This document shows, in pieces, positions 1 through 64,000 of a stretch of DNA of 64,000 nt. Under the pieces are notes generated by a model. The model was not told the origin of the DNA. It worked only from the letters and a program-made list of their open reading frames with translations, and searched no databases. The first letter of the stretch is position 1. Each line of letters starts with the position of its first letter. Origin of the DNA: Eledone cirrhosa (Eukaryota). Made by a program: the position numbers and the translations under genes. The DNA lies in assembly GCA_964016885.1 (NCBI GenBank), contig OZ024758.1, positions 6,262,001 to 6,326,000 on the forward strand, in the 5' to 3' direction.

Positions 1-353
1 ATCGTTATCACTCTATTGCTTTGTAATTATTAGGTTTCTTCAGGTCTACATATACCTCAACATACGTAACTTCAATATTATTCTTAGTAAGACTAAATAT
101 ACTTTTTAGCATATAATCTATTGATTTAGTTAGTTATTAAGCCGTGTATATGATTTAATACAATATAGTGAATATATCCCCCCCCCCCCTTTCGATAAAA
201 CAACTTTTCCAATAAGAAATCAATCAAAATATGAGTAAAAACAAGATTTGATTTTATCCTTAAAAGAAAACAATTGTAAGTTACTGACAAAGCTAATGTA
301 AACACCAAGAATGTGATTTCATACGAATAAAACAGTTCTAGATCTGGAAAAGT

Positions 354-404
<51 letters not shown>

Positions 405-417
405 ATCTATCTCTTTT

Positions 418-515
<98 letters not shown>

Positions 516-863
516 CGTCTGTATGTGTGTGTGTGTGTGTGTAACCACAATAATAAATGAAATATCTGCCGCATGGTATGGCATTATGTAACTAATATTT
601 CTATTTAACTATTTAACTAACACGTTACCAGGTATGAGGATTGAATTATTTCTTAACGTAATTCTCATTGTGTACCATAAGAGAAGATAAGAGAAGACAC
701 TGGTCCATTGTTGGTCTGGTGAGGTGACAGTCTTATCTTGTAACATCGTTCACATGGAATCGTGTTATCAGAATGACACACATGCAAACATCATACATTT
801 CTTCTTCTTCTACTTCTTCTTCTTCTTCTCTACTACTATTACTACTACTACTACTACTACTAG

Positions 864-920
<57 letters not shown>

Positions 921-984
921 TGCAGTTGAGGTCAACATCAGTCGGACAAGAACAGAAAACGAGCTGAATTCTAAGCCAAGTTCC

Positions 985-1255
985 CTTCCCCCTGCTACTT
1001 CCACTACCACTACTACAAGTTCCCCCACCTCCCTGCTATTTCCACTACTACTACCACAAGCCCCTCCCCCTCCTTGATATTTCCACTACCACTACTACAA
1101 GCCCCTCCCCACCCTGCTATTTCCACTACAAGTTGCCCCCCCCCTCCCTGCTATTTCCACTACCACTACTACAAGTTCACCCCCTCCCTGCTACTTCCAC
1201 TACCACTACTACAAGTCTCCCCCCCCTTGCTATTTCCACTACCACTACTACAGTT
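985..1255. repeat. ~40-bp C-rich minisatellite
   Basis: Repeated ccctgctatttccactaccactactacaag, adjacent to an (ACT)n tract. Confidence 0.85.
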
Positions 1256-1585
1256 ATAGTCAGAAGATAACAGGTCCCCAAACCGACCTCTATTTCAAAA
1301 TACCAAGGAGGAGAGACAGAGAGAAAGCGATAAACGAAAATGTGAAAACATTTATTTATATGTATGTAAACTATATTCTTTTATACCATATTCTTATTAA
1401 TAGACACCTTAACTCCATTATAAAGGTTTTTATAGACTTCTGTAGCATGAAGAAGCCGAACAATGTTGGGCTGAAACCGGTACGATATATTCCTTTTTTG
1501 TAAATAAACTTTTTGCTATTATTCTATAAGTTTATTCCGGATGATTTCTCCCGAATGAAAACGTTCTAGTCCTGTAGAAGCCATT

Positions 1586-1907
<322 letters not shown>

Positions 1908-2000
1908 AATGAAAAATTTGAACAGGGACAGAACAGAGAGGCAGTACAATAAATGTTTATTAAATTCACGCTCAGGAGAGTGGGGGGTAGGTGGGGGACG

Positions 2001-2037
<37 letters not shown>

Positions 2038-2616
2038 GTATATATACACATATATATATATATGTATGTATATATGTATATATATATACATATATATTTT
2101 TCAAATATTCTTGTTAGTTGATTTTCACATTCAACAAATTATAGTGTAATCAAATTTAAGCACTCCACGTCTGGGTATCCATACGAGTAAGATATAAGTA
2201 GGAATTGATATTTCAAGGATGGCACCCGAAGGAGTTTTATATGTTGTTAAACACGTAAAGACGTTTCTGCTTCTATATATCAATTTACTATACATGATAT
2301 AACATCTGTAATGCACATTTCAGAGGTATTATGCAGTAGCTACGTTGAGTACGTATAATACGTCATTATTATAGCCTCAGACACCATGCTTTGCAGCATA
2401 GAGTTATGGCTCTTTATGTTCTGAGTTCAAATCCCGAGGTTAACTTTTCCTTTCCACCTTACGTTGTCGATAAAATAAAGCACCAGTAATTCACTGGGGT
2501 ATTTAGAAACAATTATTATACATATGTAAATAATGACTATGTTATAACAATAGATAGACACAAAGTGTTTATTGTCCAACTGTAGGTATATCATAGTCAT
2601 TATTTACATATGTATA

Positions 2617-2805
2617 GGGCGGTGGATTGGCAGTATCAGTAGAGGGTCGGACGCCATGCTTTGCAGCACAGTTACGTCCCTTTACGGACTGAGTTCAAAA
2701 CCCGCCGAGGTTAACTTTGCCTTTCATCCTTAAGGGGTCGATAAAATAAAGTACCAGTAATACACTGGGATAATTGCTGGCCTTGTGCCAAAAGTAGAAA
2801 CAATT
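2617..2805 (+). mobile_element. tRNA-derived SINE family A (representative copy)
   Basis: TSD ttatttacatatgtata. Other copies at ~2378, 8155(-), 11970, 12203, 16351(-), 20092, 20285, 20966, 22928, 26743(-), 30793(-), 30993(-), 32113, 32286, 39300, 41065, 44270(-), 56870-57190(-), 57549-57938(-). Confidence 0.85.
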
Positions 2806-3198
2806 ATTTACATATGTATAATAATTGTTTCTACTATTGATGACCTAATAGGCTAACGTAACCAGTTGCTAATACCTTCGAAATGTACATTACAGATGTT
2901 ATATAATAAATTGAAGTATGGAATCATAGAACTGTCTCTTCGTGTTTAATAATACACACAAACGTGTACACACACGCACGCACACACTCACAAACACACA
3001 CATATGTATGTATATATATATATATATATATATGCTTATGTGTGTGTGTGTGTGTGCGTGAGTATGTTTCTGTATTATGTATACATGTATGTATTTGTAT
3101 CAACATATATTAATATATATACGCGTACATCTATTATTTCTCGCACTGTCTCTCTCTCTCTTTCTCTCTCTTTCCCTGCCTCACCCCCTCTCTCTCTC

Positions 3199-3231
<33 letters not shown>

Positions 3232-3246
3232 GTGTATATATGTATA

Positions 3247-3279
<33 letters not shown>

Positions 3280-3356
3280 GTGTATATATGTATATATATA
3301 TATATATATATACATATATATATGTATATATATATATATACACATGTATGTATATG

Positions 3357-3394
<38 letters not shown>

Positions 3395-4341
3395 TCTATG
3401 TATATATGTATATATATATATATTATATATATATATATACTCTGATTCATGGGTTCCTTTTCGGGAATAATATAGATGTACCATTAATGGAATAATATTG
3501 CCTGGAACTCTTTCTCAACTCTTGTATACCATAAAATGTAATTCGCCGCACATACATCTCATATTGAAGCCGAAGCAGTGTCCATTTGCTGAAATAACAA
3601 ATGAGATATTTATTTGGAGAAACGAACAGGGTTCATGGAATTCTTCCAATACAAGTTATCCAGGTTTTGTTAAGGGGAAAATGCTTTTAGGTTGAGTAGA
3701 TAATCCATGCGCAACCTGATTAGTCTTTACAGAAGTAGTGTTCTTCATTTCTATATAAGATTCTCTTTACAGAAGTAGTGTTCTTCATTTCTATATAAGA
3801 TTCTCTTTGTCACAATAAATTTGCTCTACAGACAATTTTGAATAATTTAAACATTCACTTCCATTTTATTTAAATACTAATTGGAATTATCTCAACTGTC
3901 AACATCTTATTGATTTTTCTTTGCCAAAATGTTGGGAGCTTAATTTCACCATTTATTCTGTTTGTTTTTCAGTACATTTCCTTTCAATATTATCCTGTTT
4001 TCTAAGGAAGAAAATATTTGCCTTCTTTATTTTTAGAGTTTTCCTCTAACGTTTTATTTTTGTAGACATTTTGCTTACTGTAAATATGTACTTCCGAGAT
4101 GACGTTAGCATCACAGTATTTTCTAACATAAACACACACAAACACCCATTTGCACACAACCCCATATAAACACACACATACATACACATGCCCCCCTCCC
4201 CTATATATACATATATATATGAAAAAACATCGTTTTTTTTTAAAGAAAACATATAAAAACTGGAAAGAAGTAGGTGTAGAAGTTGAAACAGCTCAAAATA
4301 CGGTAATTTATTATTTAATGTAAAAACGAATTTGGTAATAC

Positions 4342-4464
<123 letters not shown>

Positions 4465-4505
4465 CGTGGGTGGGTGGGTGTGTGTGTGTATGTGTGTGTA
4501 TATTA

Positions 4506-4541
<36 letters not shown>

Positions 4542-4865
4542 ATACTGTTATTATAAATGTCATTTTCTGACTCCCAATACAGGAAATTGGCCTTTCTTTA
4601 TTAATAATTTCTATATTGACAACATCCTTTTAATAATCTGTAACAAAATGAGCAAAAGTAACAATCGTGCTTTTCCTAAAAAAAGAGAACAAGTTCCAGC
4701 TATTTGTAGACGTAGGCAATTTAATTAAAAGCATTTCGCAAGTATTTATTACCAAGTGACTGACCACAATGTCGACCTGGTGTGATTTGAGATGAGATCC
4801 TAAAGGAAAATAAGTATCATTGAGTTTATAGTTGATGTTGTTTAGTCTCAGGTCAGATACAACTT

Positions 4866-5120
4866 ACGAAGGTAGACGGAAAGGTTCATAGGCTGACTAT
4901 GAAGGAGTGATGCTAGAGCTGTGAAATTTTGCATGCATTAATTTAAACTCTTCTTATTAATAACTGCATTGTTTATATTTAGTGACTATGTTGAAAAATA
5001 AACCTCATTTAGTCATTCTATGAGAGTTTCTTGGTCAGTCTTTGAAGGAGTGATGCTAGAGCTGTGAAATTTTGCATGCATTAATTTAAACTCTTCTTAT
5101 TAACAACTACATTGTTTCTT
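4866..5120 (+). mobile_element. Mariner-derived MITE
   Basis: tacgaagg...ggctgactatgaaggagtgatg terminus and a DYVEK* transposase C-terminal remnant; second copy at ~45196-45350. Confidence 0.6.
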
Positions 5121-5483
5121 TCCATAATATATGTGATGATGATAGATATTGTTCATACAGAATAAGCTTCAATTTATCGAGAACAAACCAATCAGGTCGA
5201 TTTCATCGAGGCCCAAAGCCTTCTCGTGAACGTCGTCGTTTCTCCACCACTAACACCCTGCCATAGTAGGATCTCCAGCAATTATATTGGTAGATAGAAA
5301 TGAGCGCCTGACAATATATCTCATGCTAGACGCCTAACCTCGGTCAAAGAAACGAGCTGTCGGAAGACAAATCTCATGCAACGAATACCATACGGAATCT
5401 CTGCGCATGTCGAGGCCTCAGCGCATGATTGCGCATTTTCCCCCATGGCGTATCTAGTCTACCACTCAGAGGGTGTTGGCAAC

Positions 5484-6269
5484 CAGTCATGGGCAACCTG
5501 CGGCCCGCGAAGCTTTCGGAATAGCTCGCCTAAGTCACCTAAGTGAAATCTTTCTGATTTTTTACCCCAACTTTTCAGTCGTAATTTATCTTTCTATCCA
5601 TTTTTACGATCGAGGAAAACAACATGTACGAATTCTGAAGAAACAAATCAAAACAACCTGAGTGACCGCCCCTTTTTTAATGTGGGCATGAATGTAAATT
5701 AGCGCTTGCGGCCCGTCTGATGATGAGCCATATCTTATGCGGCCCGCCTGATGATGAGCCATATCTCATGCAGCCCGTCTGATGATGAGCCATATCTCAT
5801 GCAGCCCGCCTGATGATGAGCCATATCTCATGTGGCCCGCCTGATGATGAGCCATATCTCATGCAGCCCGCCTGATGATGAGCCATATCTCATGCAGCCC
5901 GCCTGATGATGAGCCATATCTCATGCAGCCCGCCTGATGATGAGCCATATCTCATGTGGCCCGCCTGATGATGAGCCATATCTCATGCAGCCCGCCTGAT
6001 GATGAGCCATATCTCATGCAGCCCGCCTGATGATGAGCCATATCTCATGTGGCCCGCCTGATGATGAGCCATATCTCATGCAGCCCGCCTGATGATGAGC
6101 CATATCTCATGCAGCCCGCCTGATGATGAGCCATATCTCATGTGGCCCGCCTGATGATGAGCCATATCTCATGCAGCCCGCCTGATGATGAGCCATATCT
6201 TATGCAGCCCGCCTGATGATGAGCCATATCTTATGCGGCGTGCTTCTCGAAAAAGGTTGTCCATGCCTG
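5484..6269. mobile_element. hAT-like non-autonomous DNA transposon with internal minisatellite
   Basis: TIRs cagtcatgggcaacct / aggttgtccatgcctg and subterminal gcggcccg motifs; no clean 8-bp TSD. Confidence 0.65.
5708..6238. repeat. 31-bp tandem repeat, ~17 copies
   Basis: Unit ctgatgatgagccatatctcatgcagcccgc. Confidence 0.95.
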
Positions 6270-7567
6270 AGATAGACTGTCTAACCAGTAGAACTCCTCC
6301 CTCACACAAGAAGTGGAAGGGCAGACGCTCCAATTTGATCAGACGAGGACTGAGGCATGACATGGCAGTCAGACAGTAGACAATGACAGAAGCAATGTTT
6401 GCATTCCTAATTTATTCCTATGCTATTTTCATTGATATTTAATCTAATCCTATCAGCAAGTAAGATTTTATTAGCATGATTTATTACCGCTCTATTGTTT
6501 TTACATCACACTTTTCCTCTTTTATGGCAATAAGAGAAAAATTGATGTATTCCAATTATTTTGCTATCAATTTGAGTCCAATATCTTATGAACAGCCTCA
6601 GTAACAATTTCGTTAAGAATTCATCACCATTTTCCCAAACATATCCTGCTGTGTCATCTATTCTTTCAAAAAGAACATTTTGGAAATCTGTTTAGTTTTG
6701 TTGTGTTTCGTTATTTGTGTTTCACTTCAGACATTAAAGTGCAGTTACTATTTCAGCAATACAACTTTGCCCTATTTATTTATATTATTTATTTATATTA
6801 TTTATTTATATTATTTATTTATATTATTTATTTTATATTATTTATTTACAATTTTGAATAATATCTATCTGCGTGCTATCAATGGTTTTCTGCTATAGCA
6901 GTATTCTTTTCAAATGTTTTACATATCTTCACTACATATAGAACATTACCATTCATCTCTTAGATCAAATGAATTTGTGATGCATTTCTTTAGAAATGAT
7001 TATGATACGGAAGAATTAAGAATTATATATATTTCCCCATATGGATGATTTAAACTATCTACACCCGGTGAACATACATGGAGAATGTACGTGATCTTTC
7101 GACTAGATAGAAATAGCAAACAGAACTGCCTAGATCTGGAAAGATATTAGATTGTTCAGGGTTGGGAAGCTTTTGAAAGCTGACCAAAAGCTAAATAACA
7201 TTATCACCCTATAAAATATTACACATTAGTTTACAAGTTAACCAGGAATCTCTCAAATTCTTCCCATCGAAGTTAACAAAGGACTTACTGGATCTACCAA
7301 CTCATAATATTATAATATTATGTTATAACATTAAATCAAAATTTTTTTAACTCTACAAGTGAAGTCATTCTTTTCCTTTTTTTCAAATATACCTAACTGT
7401 ACCAAGGATCTCACACATTTATATATATATATATATATAAACCAATATATATAAACACACATACACATAGTTAGTTTTAACCTGTTGACATACAATTCTT
7501 GTTTATATATATATATATATATAAACAAGAGTTGTAAGTCAACAGGTTAAAACTAACTTTCTTTATT

Positions 7568-7642
<75 letters not shown>

Positions 7643-7660
7643 TGTTTTCACTATTTGCAT

Positions 7661-7693
<33 letters not shown>

Positions 7694-8772
7694 CTATATG
7701 TATGTGTGTGCCTGTATGCGTGCGTATATTTTATATATATTTATGTTTGTATGCACGTGTGTGTGTAAATGTAAATAAATATATGTCATATCTCTACCCA
7801 CAAGTGATAGTCTATTATACCCTCCTATTAACCTCACTTGCGAAATTAATTTTATGGGTTTTTGATAAGTATTCTGATGAACTTTATCAAATTTTAGGAA
7901 TACTGTCTCGAAAAAATCTTCTTTTAAATCGTCTCACCAAGAAATTTTTCATATTCATATTTAATGAAAAAAGTTACTTTATTTTTCTATGTTTGACTAA
8001 GTATTACATTTTTTATTATTTTTAAGTAATCTTTCTGTAATATTTTCCTAGGAATAAAGGATACCACTATAAAAAAAAATAGAAAAACAAAAAATAGAAA
8101 ATAAAAATAAAAATATTTATGTTGCCTTCGTTGCAAATAAAAATGTGTCATCAATAATTGTTTCTACTTTTTGCACAAGGCCAGCAATTACCCCAGTGCA
8201 TTTCTGGTACTTTATTTTACCGAACCCGTAAAGATGAAAGGCAAAGTTAACCTCGGCGGGATTTGAACTCAGAATGCAAAGGGCCATAACTCTATGCTGC
8301 AAATCATGGTGTCTGACGCTCTACCGATACAACCAAACCACCGCCCTGTAACAGCTTTACAACTGTCGTTGACTGGTTGAAGGAGAGTTTTGATTAATGT
8401 GAAATTCCACCACAGAAATATGGCGACCAAAATTATTCCAGTAAAGGTCGTTTTTTTCTGTGACATGAACATCTAAGAGAACAACCATAAACACCATTTT
8501 TACAGTTAATGAGTTTGTTCTGTTATCAATTATTTTTTCTATTTCAACTTTATGTCTCTAGGATGGTACAGTAAAATAGAATGAAATCAATTCATTGCAA
8601 ATAATTATCAATGCAAGCAAGCTCTGTCTTGGCACGATTGGCGGAAATTATGACCGTGACTAAAAAAGAATTAAGTTTACAGTTGTGATAAATGAGAATG
8701 TTGAAAAATCAGCATTAAGTACTTGGCACAAAATATCTCTCTATTTTCACTGTTTCTTCCCGTATTTATCAC

Positions 8773-8893
<121 letters not shown>

Positions 8894-9510
8894 ATACATA
8901 ATACATATATATATATATGTGTGTGAGTGTGTGTGTGTGGGTGTATAATGTTTCTGTGTGTGTGTTTGTATCTATCTATCAATATGTGTGTATGTGTATA
9001 TTATATTCTTGCTCCTGGATACACAAATTCCACATACGGAATATAATTAAAGCACCTTAAAGTTCAGAACTCGATTATGTTACAAAAATGATGCTAGTTT
9101 CATATTTTATCTGATTGTTGTATAGAATAGAATATATACTGTATAGGTTTTGAGCGTTAAGTAAATGTTAATTGTATTGTGACAATTATTGCGCAGTATA
9201 TGATGGCAGCTTACTGTTACTAGGATTTTGTTTCAAAACGCTGACGCGTATGTGTGTATGAGTCTGCGTATGTGTGTATGAGTGTGCCTACGTGTATATG
9301 AGTGTGTGTATGTGTGTATGTGCACATGCATACATTTATATGTATGAGTATATACATATAAACGTGCAAACGCAGAAACACTTATAAAAATACACACTCA
9401 CAGGCAATACATTCACACAAATATACATACATTGACACACAAACACACACATACATTCACACCAACGCACATATACATTTACACAAACACATACATACAC
9501 ATACACTCAA

Positions 9511-10080
9511 CATAATTATCAACATTTATATATAAGATTTAAGATAACAGAAGCGGAAGAGGCATAAGGAGAAGATCATATAAATTCAATAAAATTTAGG
9601 AGCAGATAAAAGCATTAAAAATTTTAAAAAAATGTTAATTTTAACTATTTTAAAAACATGCTGTTACAGGAAAATTGTAAAATATGCAGCATATGTTACA
9701 ATTTTTCTGTAACAGCATGTTTTTTTTTTTAATTTCTTAATTTTTAATGCTTTTGTCTGCCCCTAACCTTTATTGCATTTATATGCTCCTTATGCCTCTT
9801 CCACTTCTGCTATCTTATATCTTATGTAAATGCTGATACTTATGCTTATCTAGCTTCCCATATTATGTATTCCCCCTAATGTTCTTGTGACGAAGTTTTG
9901 ATATTATATTTGTGTTTGACATTTATTATCTACTCCGATGGATACGGCCTTGTGCTAGGATGAAACGATCGTAAGTGATTAAATGTTTTAAAAACTCTTT
10001 GATTGTCATTTATATTGTATTGTATTTCGGTTCTGTAGCATTCTTGGTATTTTACATTGAGCAACTCCATACTTGTAATT
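9511..10080. mobile_element. Old degenerate fold-back element
   Basis: Imperfect hairpin 9511-9844 centred near 9687, followed by a degenerate hammerhead-like motif (ccgatgg...gaaac-gatc-gta, ~9935-9975) and then microsatellite. Confidence 0.55.
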
Positions 10081-10108
10081 GGGTAATATTTATATATGTG
10101 TATATATA

Positions 10109-10283
<175 letters not shown>

Positions 10284-10417
10284 GTATATTTATATACATA
10301 TATATATATATGTATATATATATACATATATATATATGTATATATGTATATATATATACATATATATATATATGTATATATATATATACATATATATATA
10401 TGTATATATATATATAC

Positions 10418-10495
<78 letters not shown>

Positions 10496-10505
10496 CATAT
10501 ATATA

Positions 10506-10596
<91 letters not shown>

Positions 10597-11071
10597 GTAT
10601 ATATATATTATGTATATATTAAATGAATCCCGAGAGTGTAATATAGTTTTGTCAGAGACATTCTAGTGGTTAGAGTTATTCTAACGTAGTGGTTTTACAG
10701 ATTTCATTAATTGCCTAAATAATAAGATTATTTCTCTCATACAGTAAAATGAAGAGAAAACGTAAATTGAGCTGTTTTAATACTCCGTTTAGTCTTATTG
10801 TTAAGGTATCTAAATATTTCATTTATTAAAGAAATGAATTTAAAAAAATCATTACAATTATACCCATGCTGTCTGAAGACGTCGTACAAATATTACGTCA
10901 CGGTTAACATTGCAGAATGACCAATTCTACTCACTGGAAAACCCTCAAATTTAAACGTATATATATATATATATATACATAATAAACTTACCTTCTAATA
11001 AATATGGTGCTGCATTTCATGTTGAGTTACTTCTTCTCGGTATTTTTAACCGTGTGGCGAATTACATTCTA

Positions 11072-11122
<51 letters not shown>

Positions 11123-11283
11123 TATATACATATAGTCCTATTCACGTTAGCGTGGAAGATGGACGTTAAACGATCTTACTATTTCAAGCGTTAACCTAAT
11201 ATATTATTTCCATATACTGTACTGATTGTGTTGTTATTTCTGTTTACCTTTTACATACACACACATACGCACTCACATACTCA

Positions 11284-11378
<95 letters not shown>

Positions 11379-11400
11379 TCACACACACATATATATATGT

Positions 11401-11433
<33 letters not shown>

Positions 11434-13086
11434 TTTCTTAAGAATCTATGAACCAAAATATATTTTTATACAAAGACGTGTGTCGTTATTTTTGGGTTCC
11501 TGCATTATTCTTAACAGGAGAAATGTAAAAGTTATATTATCAGCGACTTTCAGAACGACAATGTTTCTCTCAGGGGATTAAATGTAAACATTTACCGTCA
11601 TTTGTTAATTCTAAATCAATTCCCACCACTGTTTTACAAATATTATTTGTAGCAGTCTGTTTTAGAAATCGATTTTTTATTAATTATTTCGTGTTTGCAG
11701 GTACTAATTTTAGTGTTCATTTTCATGCCTGATAAAAAATTTATGTAAATGTCACTGTGTACATAATGTTGTATCTCTGAGAATGTATAAGAACGGAGTT
11801 TCGAATAGAATGTTGAGCCAACACTTGCCTACTGTCAAACTTCAGCGGTGAGTCAAGTTAAAGGTTTTTACAATATAACTTGCTAATACAAGAAATCAAT
11901 ATGTACAGGTCTATTCATATACTGGATGATTAACTTCCACTTGGATTATACCAATTTTAACTGAATCCTGGGAGGGGGATTGGCAGTATCGATAGAGCGT
12001 CGGAGAACATTCTTTGCAGCATAGAGTTACGGACCTTTACGTTCTGAGTTCAAATCCTGCCGAGGTTAGCTTTGACTTTCATCCTTTCGGGGTCTATAAA
12101 ATAAAGTACCTGTAACGCACTGGGACCGACTTAATCGACTTTTCCTTCCCCTTCAAATTGTTGGCCTTGTGCTTAAAGTAGAAACAATTATTAACTGAAT
12201 CGAGGGGTGTGGATTAGCAGTATCACTAGAGTGTCGGACAAGATGCTTTGCGGCATAGAGTTACGGCTCTTTACGTTCCGAGTTCAAATCCCGCCGTGGT
12301 TAGCTTTGCTTTTCATCCTTACTCCTTACAAGGTCGATGAAATAAAGTACCAGTAACGAACAGGGATTAATTTAATCGACTTTCCCCTTGCCCCAAATTG
12401 TTGACGTGGTGCTTAAATCAGAAGCCCTTATTAAATGATTCGAGGGCAGCGAGTTGGTAACATCAGTTTCACTCAAAGATGGGCTTAGAAAAAGCTGTCC
12501 CTGAACGGTCGAGCCGAGATAGTTAAGATGTAAAAGATTTTGGTGATGTTTTACGACCAGATCATCTTCCCGTAAACCTCTGACAAAACTGGAGCGTATT
12601 TGCTTCTAATGAAAGTAGCCGGCTCTACTAATCTGGAGGTCAACGCAGCTATTTCGCTCCACATGATATATCTTCCCTTTTTCAGGGCCAGAAACAATAC
12701 CCACTTACAAATACTGATCCTCTACAAAGCTTATGTGAGACGCACATCATCATCGTTTACCGTCCATCTTCCACGCTAGCATGGGTTAGACAGCTTTGTT
12801 CCATTTGCCTTGTGCCTATACTAGAAATTATTATTTTTCCAATCTCAAACATATATACTGGGAGTATCAATTGTACAATTAGCTGTCAATGTTCTTCTTT
12901 AGCAACATTAGGAGATCATTCTCTTATAACTAAAATACATTTTATAAATATGAAACATTTTCGATATTCCACCATTAAAATTTCAATAACAGAATACAAT
13001 ATATAATTTTTAAATAATTGTTTATATGCAGTGAATAATATTCCTTAAATTATCGATGTTTGTTCTCACTTAAAAAAAAGAAAGAA

Positions 13087-62398
<49,312 letters not shown>

Positions 62399-63601
62399 CT
62401 AAAACAATATATTCAGAGAGGTAATTGATTGTAGACATTATCACACGGCTAAATAAATAATTATAGAGTAGGTGTAGGGAAAATAAATTCAACCACAAGA
62501 ACTTGTCGTTATATATATTATGGATACGATAAATGGATGTAGTTCGATTATTACTAAACCAATAAAAGAATGAAACTAAACGATGCAAATCTGTCACATA
62601 TCTATGGTTCAAAATTCCTTAATACCTTTTGAAATAATAAATAAAGGACGAAATGAACATCGTAATTTTGTGATAATATGTGAGAAAATCCCTGAAACCC
62701 TGAAATAAAACGTAATAAAATTGATATATATCCATTTTGTGGTAGACAGCATAAACGTGTTGAGATGGCAACTGTGTATAAGAGGGATAAGCTGTAGTGT
62801 GCGGGAGAGAAGACTGCGTTGGTATGGACATGTGATGCGCATGGAGGATGATAGCTGGGTAAAGAAGTGCCAAGAAATCCCAGTAGAAGGAAGATAAGGT
62901 GGAAGAAGACCACGAAAAACATGGGCGGAGGTGGTGAGAGCTGACCTCTTATCTCTGAAATTCACGGACAAGATGACGAAGGACCATGACGAATGGAGAG
63001 ATGCCGTGCTGAATAGGACCCGTCCCACCCTTGCAAGCAGGAAAAAGCGGACGTAAAATGATGTTGATGATGATATTAATACATAAGGAATATATTTTGG
63101 CAGGGAATTATAAAGCCTCACATTTAGCTCTTAGTCAGAATTAGGACCGGTATTTAATGGTTTATGGCTGAGAACGATATAAAGATAGGTAGACAAAGAA
63201 ATTAGAATGAAATATTAAGACATATGTCCATAAATGTATTAAAATAAAATATGTTGGATTAAACCGAGGCTTAGAATTTGATTATGGTGTTGGCCTTCGT
63301 GAACATGGGTTGAATCTACAATGTTGTTTGAATAAATAATTGTTTCTCACATTAAGCTGTAACACTAACTACTAAACTAATAACACGACATTGAAAACAA
63401 TATGGTTGCGCTACACATCTAATTCGCTTTCTAGAAAGTTCGAAATTAAATCAAGCTAGAATCAACATTGTGTCTTCGATTTTAGCCTCGTTTCGTTATA
63501 TGTGCGAGTGTGTGCGCGGGCATAGCCGTATTCTTCTTTACACACACATACATATATACATATATGCATACATATATACATACACATACATACACACATA
63601 A

Positions 63602-63681
<80 letters not shown>

Positions 63682-64000
63682 ATATATACAATGGGCTCTC
63701 CCGTCGATTTCGATGTATGAGTGTCCAGTAGCAGCTTTAGTTTATTCAGTTGTTGGAAGTCTGTATCTGACGTATCACTTAAATCCTGTCAGTTCCTGGA
63801 AGTACGTTAATAGATAAACAAATAATTGTAGCCTACTGCCAAGTTTGAAAAGCAATCGAAAAAGTGTGTGGCGAGGGAGTACAGCTCTTTGGGCAAATAG
63901 CATAAAATGCATCAAATTAAATGACATCTCTAGCAGCTGGAATAATTTCATTACCATAATTTTATACAACAATAGTGATATTATCGATATTACAAGCTAC

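Noticed and set aside
724-1259. Thr/Pro-rich mucin-like ORF
   Set aside because: Explained by an (ACT)n tract and a minisatellite; no splice or domain support.
3470-4040. Coding-like minus-strand stretch (similar stretches at 6400-7000 and 60200-60900)
   Set aside because: Frequent stops in the frames I read and no recognisable family; possibly decayed TE.
5708-6238. CRISPR-like or hammerhead/C-D box array (CTGATGA, TGATGA in each unit)
   Set aside because: No unique spacers, no GAAA half-core, eukaryotic context; it is a simple tandem repeat.
63775-63972. Candidate first CLC exon
   Set aside because: No convincing phase-0 donor or homology; the start exon probably lies outside the window.

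Overview
Animal genomic DNA, AT-rich and dense in microsatellites. The SINE/LINE content suggests an octopus or other coleoid cephalopod (inference). Almost all entries in the ORF track are microsatellite artefacts. The window carries one multi-exon gene on the minus strand: a CLC-family chloride channel/transporter of the ClC-6/7-related branch. I reconstructed 16 GT-AG, phase-consistent coding exons from 62398 down to the stop at 13087 (2517 nt, 838 aa plus stop); the start exon was not found. The protein keeps GSGIP, the gating Glu (GPEGP) and the proton Glu (YSMEE), but has Asp at the position of the central Tyr (HPIDH) and Leu in the GxFxP motif. Introns and the downstream flank hold tRNA-derived SINEs, RTE/CR1/CRE LINE fragments, MITEs and TE-derived minisatellites. 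They also hold about ten fold-back palindromes, most sitting in (TA)n tracts. Several carry type I hammerhead ribozyme motifs and shared unpaired tails, consistent with Penelope-like pLTR insertions. The largest is a 536-bp perfect palindrome with a near-canonical hammerhead on each strand.
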